Shown: positions 38,150 through 49,460 of the stretch, in pieces
How positions within the stretch are numbered: the first letter of the stretch is position 1
Layout of the letters: each line of letters begins with the position of its first letter
Assembly: GCF_036365525.1 (NCBI RefSeq)
Contig: NC_090397.1
Coordinates: forward strand, 12,198,289 to 12,262,288
From: Heterodontus francisci
Lineage: Eukaryota
DNA length: 64,000 nucleotides
Reading direction: 5' to 3'
The notes under the pieces: generated by a model
Database searches by the model: none
What the model saw: only the letters and a program-made list of their open reading frames with translations
Told to the model about the DNA's origin: nothing
Translations under genes and position numbers: made by a program

Positions 38150-40056
38150 TGCTTCTGATTTTAAAATAAAATGAGAAGTTTTATTTGGCAGATGTTATGC
38201 TGGCTGTTTGGGAAGCAGTTTGGTATGTACCCATGCAATGCAATGAGAATTTGGAGAGCAGAAGTAAGCTCTGTGACAAGCAATAAACAATCTCCACCAA
38301 AGCATCCTAGTCTCAGTGTCTTCTTCACAAACAGGCTTGGAGATTTCTCTTTCTCTATCATCTGGAACAGATGGAATTCCTGCCGAAATCTTGAAGCATG
38401 GCGAAAATACATGACTGCACAACCTTATATCCCTCATATGGGATCAGGAGTGCTTGCTGTGATCATGACTGTATTCAAGAAGGGAGACAAAATCGATTGC
38501 AGCAACTAGAGAAATCTCCATCAGTTTGCCACAGGGAAGACCATTGCAAGGATCCCCCTCAATCACCTCTTCCCAGTGGCTGAAGAACTTCTTCTGGCAT
38601 TGCTGTGTTTTTCACCCATCGAGAGGCACCACAGACGTGATTTTCACTGAGCGGCAAATCCAAGAAAAATGCAAGGAATGCCAACCACTGTATGGCCTTT
38701 CTCGACCTCACAAAAGCCTTTTGACTCGATCAACCACGAAGGCTTATGGAGCATTCTGCTCAAATTTGGCTGCCGTCAGAAGTTTGTCACCATCCTCTGT
38801 CTACTCCATGATGACATGCAAGCCGTGATCCTCACCAACAGAACCACCACAGACCCTGTTTCTGTCAAGACCAGGGTCAAGCAAGGCTGTGTCATCGCAC
38901 CAATCCCTCTTGTCCATTTTCCTTGCTACATGTCACTTACAGCAAACTGCCCACAGGCATGGAGATAATCTACAGAACAGATGGGAAACTGTTCAACCTA
39001 CAACGCCTTCAATCCAAAACCAAAATCACTCCAACCTCAATGGGCAAGCTTCAGTATGCAGATGACATTCGTGTGTGCGCTCACGCTGAAACTGAGCTCT
39101 AGAACATTGTCGACTCCTTCTCTGAAGCATAGGAGAAAATGGGTCTTTCCTTAAACAGTCGGAAAACAAAGGTCCTCTTGCAACAGGCTCCCACAACACA
39201 ACAGCTCCCCCCATCAATCAAGATCAATGGCGAGATCCTGGAAAATGTGGACCATTTTCCATATCTTGGGAGCCTCCTCTCGGCAAAGGCTGACATAGAC
39301 GACGGGGTTCATCATCACCTCCAATGTGCCAGCTCAGCCTTCAGCCGAATGAGGAAGAGAGTATTTGAGGATCAGGATTTCAAACGCATGACTAAGATCA
39401 TGGTTTACTGGACAGCAGTGATCCCTGCGCTCCAAATGCTTCGGAGACTTGGACAACCTACAGCAAACACCTCAAAGCACTGGAAAAGTACCGCCAGAGG
39501 TCCCTCCACAAGATCCTCCAAATCCGGTGGCAAGAAAGGCGGTCCAACATCCAACCTGCCCAGCATTGGGGTGCTAATCACCCAAAACCAGTTCCGCTGG
39601 GCGGGACATGTCGTTCGCATGCCTGACACCAGACTCCCAAAGCAGCTGTTCTACTCAGAACTTGCTCGTGGCAGGAGACTCCCAGGAGGACAGCGGAAAC
39701 ACTTTAGAAATCTCCTCAGAGCATCCCTGAAGTGATCAAACAACCCCATCGACCCATGGGAGTCCCTGGCTCCATGACCATCCTAGATGGAAAAAACCCA
39801 TTCGGGAAGTCATCGGACACCTTGAGACACTTAAGAACATAGAACATTACTAGGTCGGGAACATGTGGAGGTGAAGTCTAGGCATCAGAGGGAGATCACA
39901 AACCTCCAAACTACTCATCTACCTGACCCTTCAAGCACCACCTGCCCCTCATGTGGCAGAGTCTGCAGAGCACGCATTGGACTTATCAGCCATCTCTGAA
40001 ACAATCGAACTAGAGTGGGAGCAGTTCATCCTCGAGGGACTACCTAAGAAGGAGGA
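38150..40056 (+). mobile_element. RTE (BovB-like) LINE, degenerate RT region and 3' end
   Basis: FKKGDKIDCSN, VKQGCVIAP, QYADD and RWAGHVVRMPDTRLPKQLFYSEL motifs; aagaaggaggag tail. Confidence 0.85.
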
Positions 40057-40134
40057 GGGTCATGCAGGCCTGAAAGGCCCCAGGATATCTTTGGTCTGTG
40101 CTGAGTTATTTGATCACAGCTGGGCTAGTAATAG

Positions 40135-43100
40135 ATGGATTGGCATCCTTCCATCTAGGAAAGATGATAGACATGTAGCAAACAATCCATTCAGGTAGAG
40201 TGACTTCTCTTGGTGCACCTTTGTGATAGCTGTGAAGGCCAATCGTTGAGAGGCAGGTTCTGCCACAAGAACCGTACATGAAGCTGACAAGTGACACCGT
40301 GAGTTGTTGTTTTTGACTTTGGCGCCTGTTGCCAAGCTGCTGTAGCAACAGGTTGTCATGGTAGCGCACACCAGTCCACAGGATGTGTTGCCATTTCCCT
40401 CTTTCGCTAGCTAGTGACTCCCAACTGCAATAGTCGACATTTAGGGCCTTCATATCACACTTGCAAGCATCCTTGAAGTGGAGCTTTGGGCACCCACTGG
40501 TCGTCTGGCCCCAGCTACCTCACCGTACAGAAAGTCCTTGGGTTTGCGACTGTCTTCCATCCTGCGGACGTGTCAGATCCACTGAAGCCGTCTCTGTTTT
40601 ATTAGTGCCAACACACTTGGGAGCTCTGCCTTTGAGAGGACTGCCACATTTGTGATTTTGTCTTGCCAGGATATACCCATAATGCACCACAGACAGCAAA
40701 GATGGAAATTATTGAGCTTCTTTTCTTGGTCGCTGTAAGTTGCCCATGTTTCACAGCCATACAGCAAGGTGCTGAGAACACAGGCCTTATAAACCATCAG
40801 TTGCTCCTAAGGGTCAGCTTGGTGTTATCCCATGCATGTTTCGCAAGTCAGCCAAAGGTGATAGCTGTTTTCCCTATGTGTGTATCGAGCTCTGCATCAA
40901 GGGACAGATTGTCTCTCACCGTGGACCCATGGTAACAGAATTTGCTAACCACATCAAGTGGGGTGTTATTTAGTGTGATTAGGGATGGAGATGCAACACC
41001 TTGTCCCATGACCTTGGTTTTCTTGATGCTTATAATCAAGGAGAATGTTACAGGCATGAGAGAGACAGTTCATGAGGCTTTGTAGCTGAGTTTCTGTGTG
41101 AGCGGCTAGTGCAGCATCATCAGCATAGAGGAGTTCTCTGATCAGGATGTGATGTGTTTTTGTCTTCGTTTTCAGCCTTGATAGATTGTAGAGCTTGCCA
41201 TCTGACCTAGTGTGCAAGTAGACTCCTTCCATATCTGCAGGGAACGCAAAGGTCAGGAGCATGGAGAAGAAGATGCCAAACAGAGTGAAGGCTAGGACAC
41301 AACCCTGTTTCACTCCATTCTTCACCAACAGAAACTGTTGGAAGTGGAGCCATCAAACTGTACAGTGCAGTGCATGTTGTCATGGAAGGAGTGGATGAGA
41401 CTGAGGAGCTTCATAGACAGCCAATTTTTTCCAAAATCTTGTAGCGCCCTGCTCTGCTGACGGTGTCGAATGCCTTAATGAGATCTACGAAAGTAAGGTA
41501 AAGGGGTATACTCTGATCCCTACACTTCACTTGTAGCTGACGTATGGAGAAGATCATATCCACAGTAGATCTGCCAGCACAGAAACTGCACTGTGCTTCC
41601 AGATATACTCAGTCTGTCAGTAAATGGACTCTTTTAAGTACGACCATAGCAAAGGCCTTCCCTGTGATGCTAAGGAGCAAGATACCCCTGTAGTTGTTGC
41701 AGTCTCCTCTATCACCTTTGATTTTGTATAGTGTGATGATTTTGGCATCGTGCATCTCCTGTGGAACAGAGCCTTTCCAGCAGAGAAGAAGAAGGTCATA
41801 AAGATGTGGCAATAGATGGGACCTTCGGTGCTTGAGCAGTTCAGCTGGGATTCCGTCTTTGCCTGGTGCGCTTCTGTTCACGAGGCGGTCTATGGCCTTC
41901 TCGAGCTCCAGTGATGAGGGTTCTTCATCTAAATCATCCGTGACAGGAAGTTGTGGGAGAACATCGAGCGCAGACTGGGAGATGTCTGACTCACAGGAGT
42001 ACAGCTCACAGCAGTGTTCAGCCCAGTGGGACATCTGTTTACTTCTGTCGGTCAGTACTTCACCATCTGCTGACTTCATGGGAATGCTCTCTTGATCCCT
42101 TCGTACATAGCTCGTAGATTTCCTTTGTCACATGCAGTTTGGATTTCTTGACATAAGTTGATCTTGTGTTTGTTTGCGCAGTATCTCCCTCTCCTTTGCA
42201 CAGCTGTTTTGGCTACTTTAAGGTCTTGCAGTGTCTTAGTTGTTGGGTTTATGTTGTGCATCATGTAGGCTTTGTTTTTTGCATCAATGGCAGATATCAT
42301 CACAGCTGAGTAGGTCTCAAACCAGCCCTTGTTGCGGGTTCCACCTTTACCAAATGATGCTTCTGCTGCCTCAATGATTGAACTTAGTGACTTCCAAGTT
42401 TCATCGATGCCTGTATCGGTGATTCCCGTTAAGGCTTTGGTGGGTAGCAAGCATTCTCGTGACAATGTGAAGTGCTGGTATTTGGTATTATTGCTTATGC
42501 AAGGGATATTGATGCGTGGTGGACTGTTGTGTCTGGAGCGGTGGAACTTTCAGGGATACACCTTCACTCTGCTGCTGATCAGAGAGTGGTTGGTATCACA
42601 ATCTGTGCTGTTGTAGGTGTGGGTGTGAAGAACACTGGGCAGATCTCGTCTCCTCGTGATAACTAAGTCTAGCTAGTGCCAATGGCCAGACCTTGGGTGA
42701 CACCATGATACCTTTGGCAATGTCTGCCCTGGAAGAAGGTGTTGGTGATGCAGAGTTCATTCAGGGCACAAAGCTCAGGAAGGCGCTGTCCGTTATAATT
42801 AATCTTGCCCACCCCATGATGACCGAGGCAGGTTGGCCATGAATCACCGTCTGCCCCAACACGTGCATTAAAGTCACCCAGGATGAATAGCCTCTTGTCA
42901 TTTGCGATGTTCCTCAGAACGTCCCCTCAGGAGTCATAGAAATGCTCTTTATCTGAGATGCTGGCATTCAGAGCTGTGTGTAGACGCATATGATGTTGAC
43001 TGTGCCTCCATCAGATGATAACCACAGGGAGATGAAGCGCTCCGAGGTTGCTATTGGTGGCTCAATTGACCGTGCCAGCCGATTGCTCACCGTGAAGCCT

Positions 43101-43700
43101 ACACCATGCTCACACTGATCTTCAGCACTCTTTCCATGCCAGTAGAAGGTGTAATTAGCCTTTTGCATAGAGCCTGTGTTGGTTAATCTGGTTTCTAATA
43201 GAGTAACAATGTCGACACCAAGTTTGTGCCACTCACTGTCTATCAGGGCTGTCTTGCGTACACTTGTTGTGCAGTGTAGGTCGTTGTTCATTCCAGGACA
43301 CATAGTCCTTAGATTCCAGCATCCAAGCCAAAAGTTTATCTTTATTTGTTTGCTGCGTAGCCTAGGCATGGTTTTAGGAGGTGCAGAACTGCCTAGCATC
43401 TGCACTCCCCCTCTCAACCGCATAGGCTGGTGTCCAGAGGCCTGTACATCTGGGGCCTGTTCTGTTGCAGGAGTTGCCAGAAGGTGCTAACTTAAGGGAA
43501 ACACCAACTGCCTAACAGACTTCACTCCAGATTTTGCCGGGTTTACTCCCCTAGCCATTAGCTCTTGATACTGAAATTAATGTCGATGGCACCGACCGGC
43601 AGGGCCCAAGATCGGCACAAAAGTAGGCGTGATCTTGTCCTTCAGGTGTGCGAAGGGACCAGCTACAGGCCGCTGCTTCCCACCTCCAGGTTTCCACCTC
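40135..43700 (-). mobile_element. Second RTE LINE, near full length but degenerate (APE + RT)
   Basis: LGCWNLRT...LLETRL (APE), GDRGDCNNYRGI, GVKQGCVLAFTLF, LLYADD and YKACVLSTLLYGCETW. The 5' boundary is uncertain. Confidence 0.88.
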
Positions 43701-44038
43701 CATCGCCCGAACCTTCCAGCTACTACACCCTCAGGTGATCAGCACCTCTGGTCATTACCACTGCTTTTATTTGCTTTAATTTGGGATCACTATGCTCTGA
43801 TATGATGGGCTAATAATAGGAGTGCGACAATTAAGTTTCAGCACTTCTGGATTGGGAAGAGGAAAATCAGCCAAGGTCCCTGCCCTGATCATCAGCCAAC
43901 AAGCCCTAATGAAAGTGTAACATCAGATTACAACAGGATTGAGCTGGAAAACGACGTTCCCCACAGTCTAACAGCCCATCACCCTTACAACTTTCACTGT
44001 CAAAGCTCACACACGAATAAGTTGTCAAGTGGCTGAGG

Positions 44039-44368
44039 TAAAGGCCTGCTCGGATCTGCAAATGAGACCCGACCCAAGCCCGACAGAAGCCCATCTGAGC
44101 CCGAGCCCGAACTGGCCCAACTTACCTTCTATTTTTCACTTTGTTCCTTACCTGCACAAGCTTAAAATAACTGTCGCAAAACCATCTTTAAAGTCCAAAA
44201 AGTAAATTAACATTAAAGTCACTTACCTGAGGTGGTGATAGAGCGTGTCCAATCTGGCCCGACCCGACCCGACCCGAGCCTGAATGCCAGACCCGGAAGT
44301 GCGACCCGACCCGAACCCGACACATGTCGTCGGATCCCGTCGGGTTCAGGTCAGGTAGCAGCCCTTTA
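44039..44368. mobile_element. hAT-type MITE (330 bp)
   Basis: 12-bp TIR taaaggcctgct / agcagcccttta (1 mismatch); perfect 8-bp TSD ggctgagg (44031-44038 / 44369-44376); ACCCGA subterminal repeats. Confidence 0.88.
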
Positions 44369-44649
44369 GGCTGAGGTAGCAGAAAGATACCTGATACCCA
44401 AGGGACCATAACCCAGCATAGAAACAGCACCTTCTGAGAGGTCAAGGAATGGACAGCATTTGTATGTAGCAAAGGATATAACCGAGGAAACAAAAATTTG
44501 GTCAAAAAAATAAACACCAATAATGGGAGGACATAGAAACCAGACACTCTTGTATGTGTAGAATGGTAAAAGCCTGAAAATTACCCTGTGCCAATGGAAG
44601 GCTAATTACAGTGATACGTATGAAAATATAAAGTAGATGTATGTTTTAC

Positions 44650-45354
44650 CTGCTGAAGATTATCGAAAAAAGCAAACTTGCAGTCACCTCTTCGTCTTTC
44701 CCATAGAGGAGTATCTTTATCGGTGTGAGGGGTGATCTGTACGCGCCCAACATGGTCACTCTCGTGGTGGTTTACAGATAACAGGCCTTCCACACTTTGC
44801 ACACAGCCTTGCTGCTGCTGTAGCTGTGTTGGAGTCTCCTTACCTGAAGGTTTTTGGCCATCTAAGGGTGGATCAGCTGCAGGATGTGGACCCTGTAAGT
44901 TATCTGATGGCACAGAGGAGTCACTGTCAGAGGTATGCTGTTCAGTGTCTTTGAATTGTCTCCCTGCCTCGCAGAATTCCTGTGACGCTGGTGGCAGCAA
45001 CATCTTTTGCTTCATTCTCCAAAGAGATGGAGACAAGGAGACCCTGGCAGGGGCTAACCTGTCAAACTGAAAGCAGGGACTTTGGGAAACCTCTGGTTCC
45101 GGCGAAAAAGAATATTTAAAGATGGGTAATGGTTCTTGGTTTACAAATCTTTTGATGCATTCACCCTCTTTGTTTTCCATTTGAAATGGACTTGTCCGTA
45201 CCTCAGTGTTGTGCTTCCAGGCACAAAGATTCTCTTTCAAACCATTTTTTTCTTCAAAGGTATCTTCATCGACATCTAAATTCACCACCTCACACCCTCG
45301 ATCCCACATTTCCTGATAGGTCCCACCAAGCAGGTTTGGAACATTGACTTCCAT
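44650..45354 (-). CDS. PLEKHG7: PLEKHG7-like RhoGEF, first coding exon (exon begins at 45378; ATG at 45354)
   Basis: Non-repetitive 235-codon ORF. Contains FQFDRLAPARVSLSPSLWRMK, which resembles the PLEKHG7 N-terminal QFDRxAPxRxSxSP motif as I recall it. In-frame TGA TGA lies just upstream of the ATG. Polypyrimidine-TAG acceptor at 45380-45379; donor CAG|GTAAAA after 44650, phase 0. Confidence 0.8.
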
Positions 45355-45499
45355 GAATCATCACTTGTAGAGACTTACCTATTAAAAAAATGAAAATAGA
45401 TATACTTTAACTCATATAATTTTATTTAAATTAATGGTTGATCTCCCTACAAGGGGGGTTAAAACCAAGTGTATTCTTCAGATAAAAGAAGATTCCCTT

Positions 45500-46120
45500 C
45501 CTGGCTCCCATGTTAGCTGATATTATTAACGGTTCTCTCTTCAGGTTCTGTCCCTCTCTCCTCAAAAAAACCAGCCCTTGATCTTTTCATCCTTGCAAAC
45601 TACTCCACCCTCCCTTTCCTCTCCAACGTCCTTGAATATGCTGTCGCCTCCCAAATCTATGCCCATCTTTCCCAGAACTCCATGATTGAATCCCTCCAAT
45701 CAGGTTTCCGTCCCTGCCAAGGCACTGAAACTGCTCTTAACAAAGTCACAAATGACATCCTATGTGACTGGCACAAAGGTAAACTATCCCTCCTCGTCCT
45801 TCTCGGCCTGTCTGCAGCCTTTGACACGACTGATCACACCAACTTCCTCCAACACCTCTTCACCATCATCCAGCTGGGTGGGACTGCAGTCGCCTGGTTC
45901 CTTTTTTTAAATCTATCTGATCATAGCCAGAGACTCACTTGCAATGGCTTCTCTTCCCGCTCCCGCACTGTTACCTTGGTGTCCCCAAAGAATCTAACCT
46001 TAGCCCTCCCCTAATTCTCATCTGCATGCTGCCCTTCGATGACATCATCCAAAAACATAACATCAGTTTCCACATGTATGCCGATGACACGCAGCTCCAC
46101 CTCACCACTACCTCACTCAA
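45500..46120 (+). mobile_element. L2 LINE RT fragment
   Basis: QSGFRPCQGTETAL...LSAAFDTTDH...HMYADDTQL. Confidence 0.85.
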
Positions 46121-46712
46121 TTGACCATTGACCAGAAACTGAATTGACAAGCCGTATACTGTGGCTACAAGAGTAGGTCATAGGCTGGGAATATTGTGGT
46201 GAGTAGTTCACCTCCTGACTCCCCAAAGCCTTTCCACCATCTACAAGACACAAGTCAGGAGTGTGATATAGTCTCCACTTGCCTGGACGAATCCAGCTCC
46301 AACAACACTCAAGAAGCTTGACACCATCCAGGACAAAGCAGCCCTCATGATCAGCACCCTATCCACCACCTTAAACATTCACTCCCTCTACCACCAGCAC
46401 AAAGTGGCAGCAGTGTGTACCATGTACAAGACGCACAGCAGCAACTTGCCAAGGCTCCTTCAACAGCATCTTCCAAACCCTACCACCTAGAAGAACAAAG
46501 GCAGCAGATACGTGGCAAATTTCCCTCCAAGTCACACACCATCCTGACTTGGAACTATATCGCCATTCCTTCACTGTCACTGGGTCAAAATCCTAGAACT
46601 CCCTCCCTAACAGCTTTGGGGAGTCAGGAGGTGAATTACTCACCACAATATTCCCAGGGATGGGAAATAAATGCTGGCCTTGCCAGAGGCAGTCACATCC
46701 CTATGAACAAAT
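46121..46712 (+). mobile_element. 3' fragment of the same LINE family as 53078-55575
   Basis: Collinear with about 54995-55575. Confidence 0.85.
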
Positions 46713-47104
46713 AAAAGAAGAGACCCATTCACCGATCACTCCTATGCTTGCTGACCCACACTGGCTCCCAGTTAAACAATAACTCAATTTTAAAATTCTC
46801 CACATAGCCTCACCCCTCCCTATCTCTGTAATCTCCTCCAGCCCTACAACCCTGAAAGATATCGACACTCCTCCAATTCTGGCATCTTGCGCATTCTCGA
46901 TTTTAATCGCTACATCATTGGTGGCCATGCCTTCAGCTCTCTTGGCCCTAAACTCTGGAATTCCCTCCCTAAACCTCTCTGCCTCTCTACCTCACTTTCT
47001 TCCCTTAAAACACATCTTGAAACCTACCTCTTTGACCAAGCTGTCGGTCATCTGACCTAATAGCTCCTTATGTGACTTGGTATCATATTTTGTTTTATAA
47101 TGCC

Positions 47105-48433
47105 ACAGGGATCTGTGTTGGGGCCTCAATTTTTCATTAACAACTTGGATGATGGCATAGTAAGTCATATATCCAAATTTGCTGATGATACAAAGTTAGG
47201 TGGCATTGTAGACAGTCTAGATGATAGCATAAAATTGCAAAGAGATATTGACAGACTAGGTGAATGGGCAAAACTGTGGCAGATGGATTTCAATGCGGGC
47301 AAGTGTGAGATTATCCATTTTGGACCAAAAAAGGATAGAGCAGGGTACTTTCTAAATGGGAAGAGGTTAAGTACAGTGGATGTCCAAAGAGACTTGGGGG
47401 TTCAGGTGCATAGATCTTTAAAATGCCACGAGCAAGTGCAGAAAACAATCAAAAAGGCTCATGGAATGCTAGCCTTTATATCTAGAGGATTGGAGTATAA
47501 AGACACAGAGGTTATGCTGCAGCTGTACAAAACCCTGGTTAGACCCCACTTGGAGTACTGTGAGCAGTTCTGGGCACCGCACCTTAGGAAGGATATATTG
47601 GCCTTGGGGGGTGTGCAACGTAGGTTTACAAGAATGATACCTGGATTTACGAGGAGAGATCACACAAATTAGGCCTGTTTTCGCGAGAATTTAGAAGGTT
47701 AAGGGGTGATCTATTTATTTTATTTATTTAGAGATACAGCACTGAAACAGGCCCTTCGGCCCACCAAGTCTGTGCCGATCAACAACCACCCATTTATACT
47801 AGTCCTACATTAATCCCATATTCCCTACCGCATCCCCGCCATTCTCCTACCACCTCCCTACACTAGGGGCAATTTACAATGGCCAATTTACCTAACAACC
47901 TGCAAGTCTTTGGCTGTGGGAGGAAACCAGAGCCCCCAGCAGAAACCCACGCGGTCACAGGGAGAACTTGCAAACTCCACACAGGTAGTACCCAGAAATG
48001 AACCCGGGTCGCTGGAGCTATGAGGCTGCGGTGCTAACCACTGTGCCACCCATAGATCGAAGTCTTCAAGATATCAACAGGAAAAGACAGGCTAGATAAA
48101 GATAAACTATTTCCACTGGTTGGAGATTCTAAGACTTGGGGGCATAGTCTAAAAATTAGGGCCAGACTGTTCAGGAGAGATCTTAGGAAGCACTTCTTCA
48201 CGCAAAGGGTGGTAGAGGTTTGGATCTCTCTCCCACAAACAGCAGTTGAAGCTAGAACAGTTGTTAATTTTAAATCTGAGATAGATAGATTTTTGTTAAG
48301 CAAAGATATTAAGGAATATGGTCCAAAGGCAGGTATATGGAGTTAGGCCGTGGATCTGCCATGATCTCATTCAATGGCGGGACAGGCTCGAGGGGCTGAA
48401 TGGCCTACTCCTGTTCCTATCTTCCTATGTTCC
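47105..48433 (+). mobile_element. CR1 (RT to 3' end) inserted in an L2 tail and itself interrupted by an HE1-like SINE
   Basis: PQGSVLGP...KFADDTKLGG; TSD taatgcc (47098-47104 / 48434-48440). Confidence 0.88.
47712..48052 (-). mobile_element. HE1-like V-SINE
   Basis: Reverse complement of the copy at 58805-59148; (TAAA)n tail. Confidence 0.85.
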
Positions 48434-49259
48434 TAATGCCCCTGTGAAGCACCTTGAAACATTTTATTATGTTAAAAGGGGCTATATAAATGCAAATTTT
48501 TGTTGTATCAGCAAGCAATAGAACAAGGTTAATTTCTCAATGTCACAAGCCCCATCTATATTCAATAGAAATGGCTGAAAATATTTAGCTACTTCTTATC
48601 TTTTTCACTGCATATGTAGTTTCATCACAGGAAACCTTCAGATTGTTTACCGACAGTTGAAATCTGAATGCTCTATTTTTCTTCCTTACTTTTTCCTCTT
48701 TAACACTCAGCGTACCACTCATCTAGTCCACCTTCTACTATTCTGGCATTTATTTGATACACTAATGAAGCTGTTGACTAATCACAGCAATCAATCTCTT
48801 ATCAGTTAGTCTACAATAGACGCTGACATGAGGTGAGGAAAACCCCCAGTGATGAAGAGCTTTGGGAACCGTAGGTCCAAAGTCATCTGTTCCTCCCAAA
48901 CAAATTACACTCAACACACGTCATATCTCAAATTACTCAGATACTATCTACCAAAGTGTTATTTTCTGAAAGAAATCTATTTAATTAGCATTTAATAAAC
49001 CAATACAAACTGCTTCCACCATCTCTCTAGGGAGCCTGTTCCATAGATTGACTACTTACTCACTAAAATATTGTTTCCACAGATTGTTTTAAATGTGCCT
49101 CCCATGTCCTCGGGGTCTGCTGTCCTGGAAAAGGTGAAAGAGCTTGTCGTGATCTACATTATTGAGTCACGTCTGGTGGAAAGGCCAGGTAGGCAAACTG
49201 TAGCTAGCTCTTCACCAATAACACTCATCAATTAACTGCTCAAAGGTGTAATACAAGAT

Positions 49260-49460
49260 AACTTTCCCCTCTGTCCTATCGCACACCTTCCCTTTTGTTC
49301 CCTTCCCCCCCACCCCTGCTTTACTTGCTTAAAACCTATTACATTTCTAACCTTTGCCAGTTCTGATGAAAGGTCACAGAGCTGAAATCTTAACTCTGCT
49401 GCTCTCTCCACAGATGTTGCCAGACCTGCTGAGTATTTCTGGCACTTTCTGTTTTTACTC
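49260..49460 (+). mobile_element. Solo Penelope pLTR with hammerhead motif (49359-49395)
   Basis: Matches 61100-61305; AGUU-CUGAUGA-A-AGGUC aca GAGCU-GAAA. Confidence 0.75.

Noticed and set aside
26700-49160. Inverted CR1 3'UTR pair flanking the first coding exon as a circRNA driver
   Set aside because: The copies are diverged and 22 kb apart, and such pairs are expected by chance at this repeat density.
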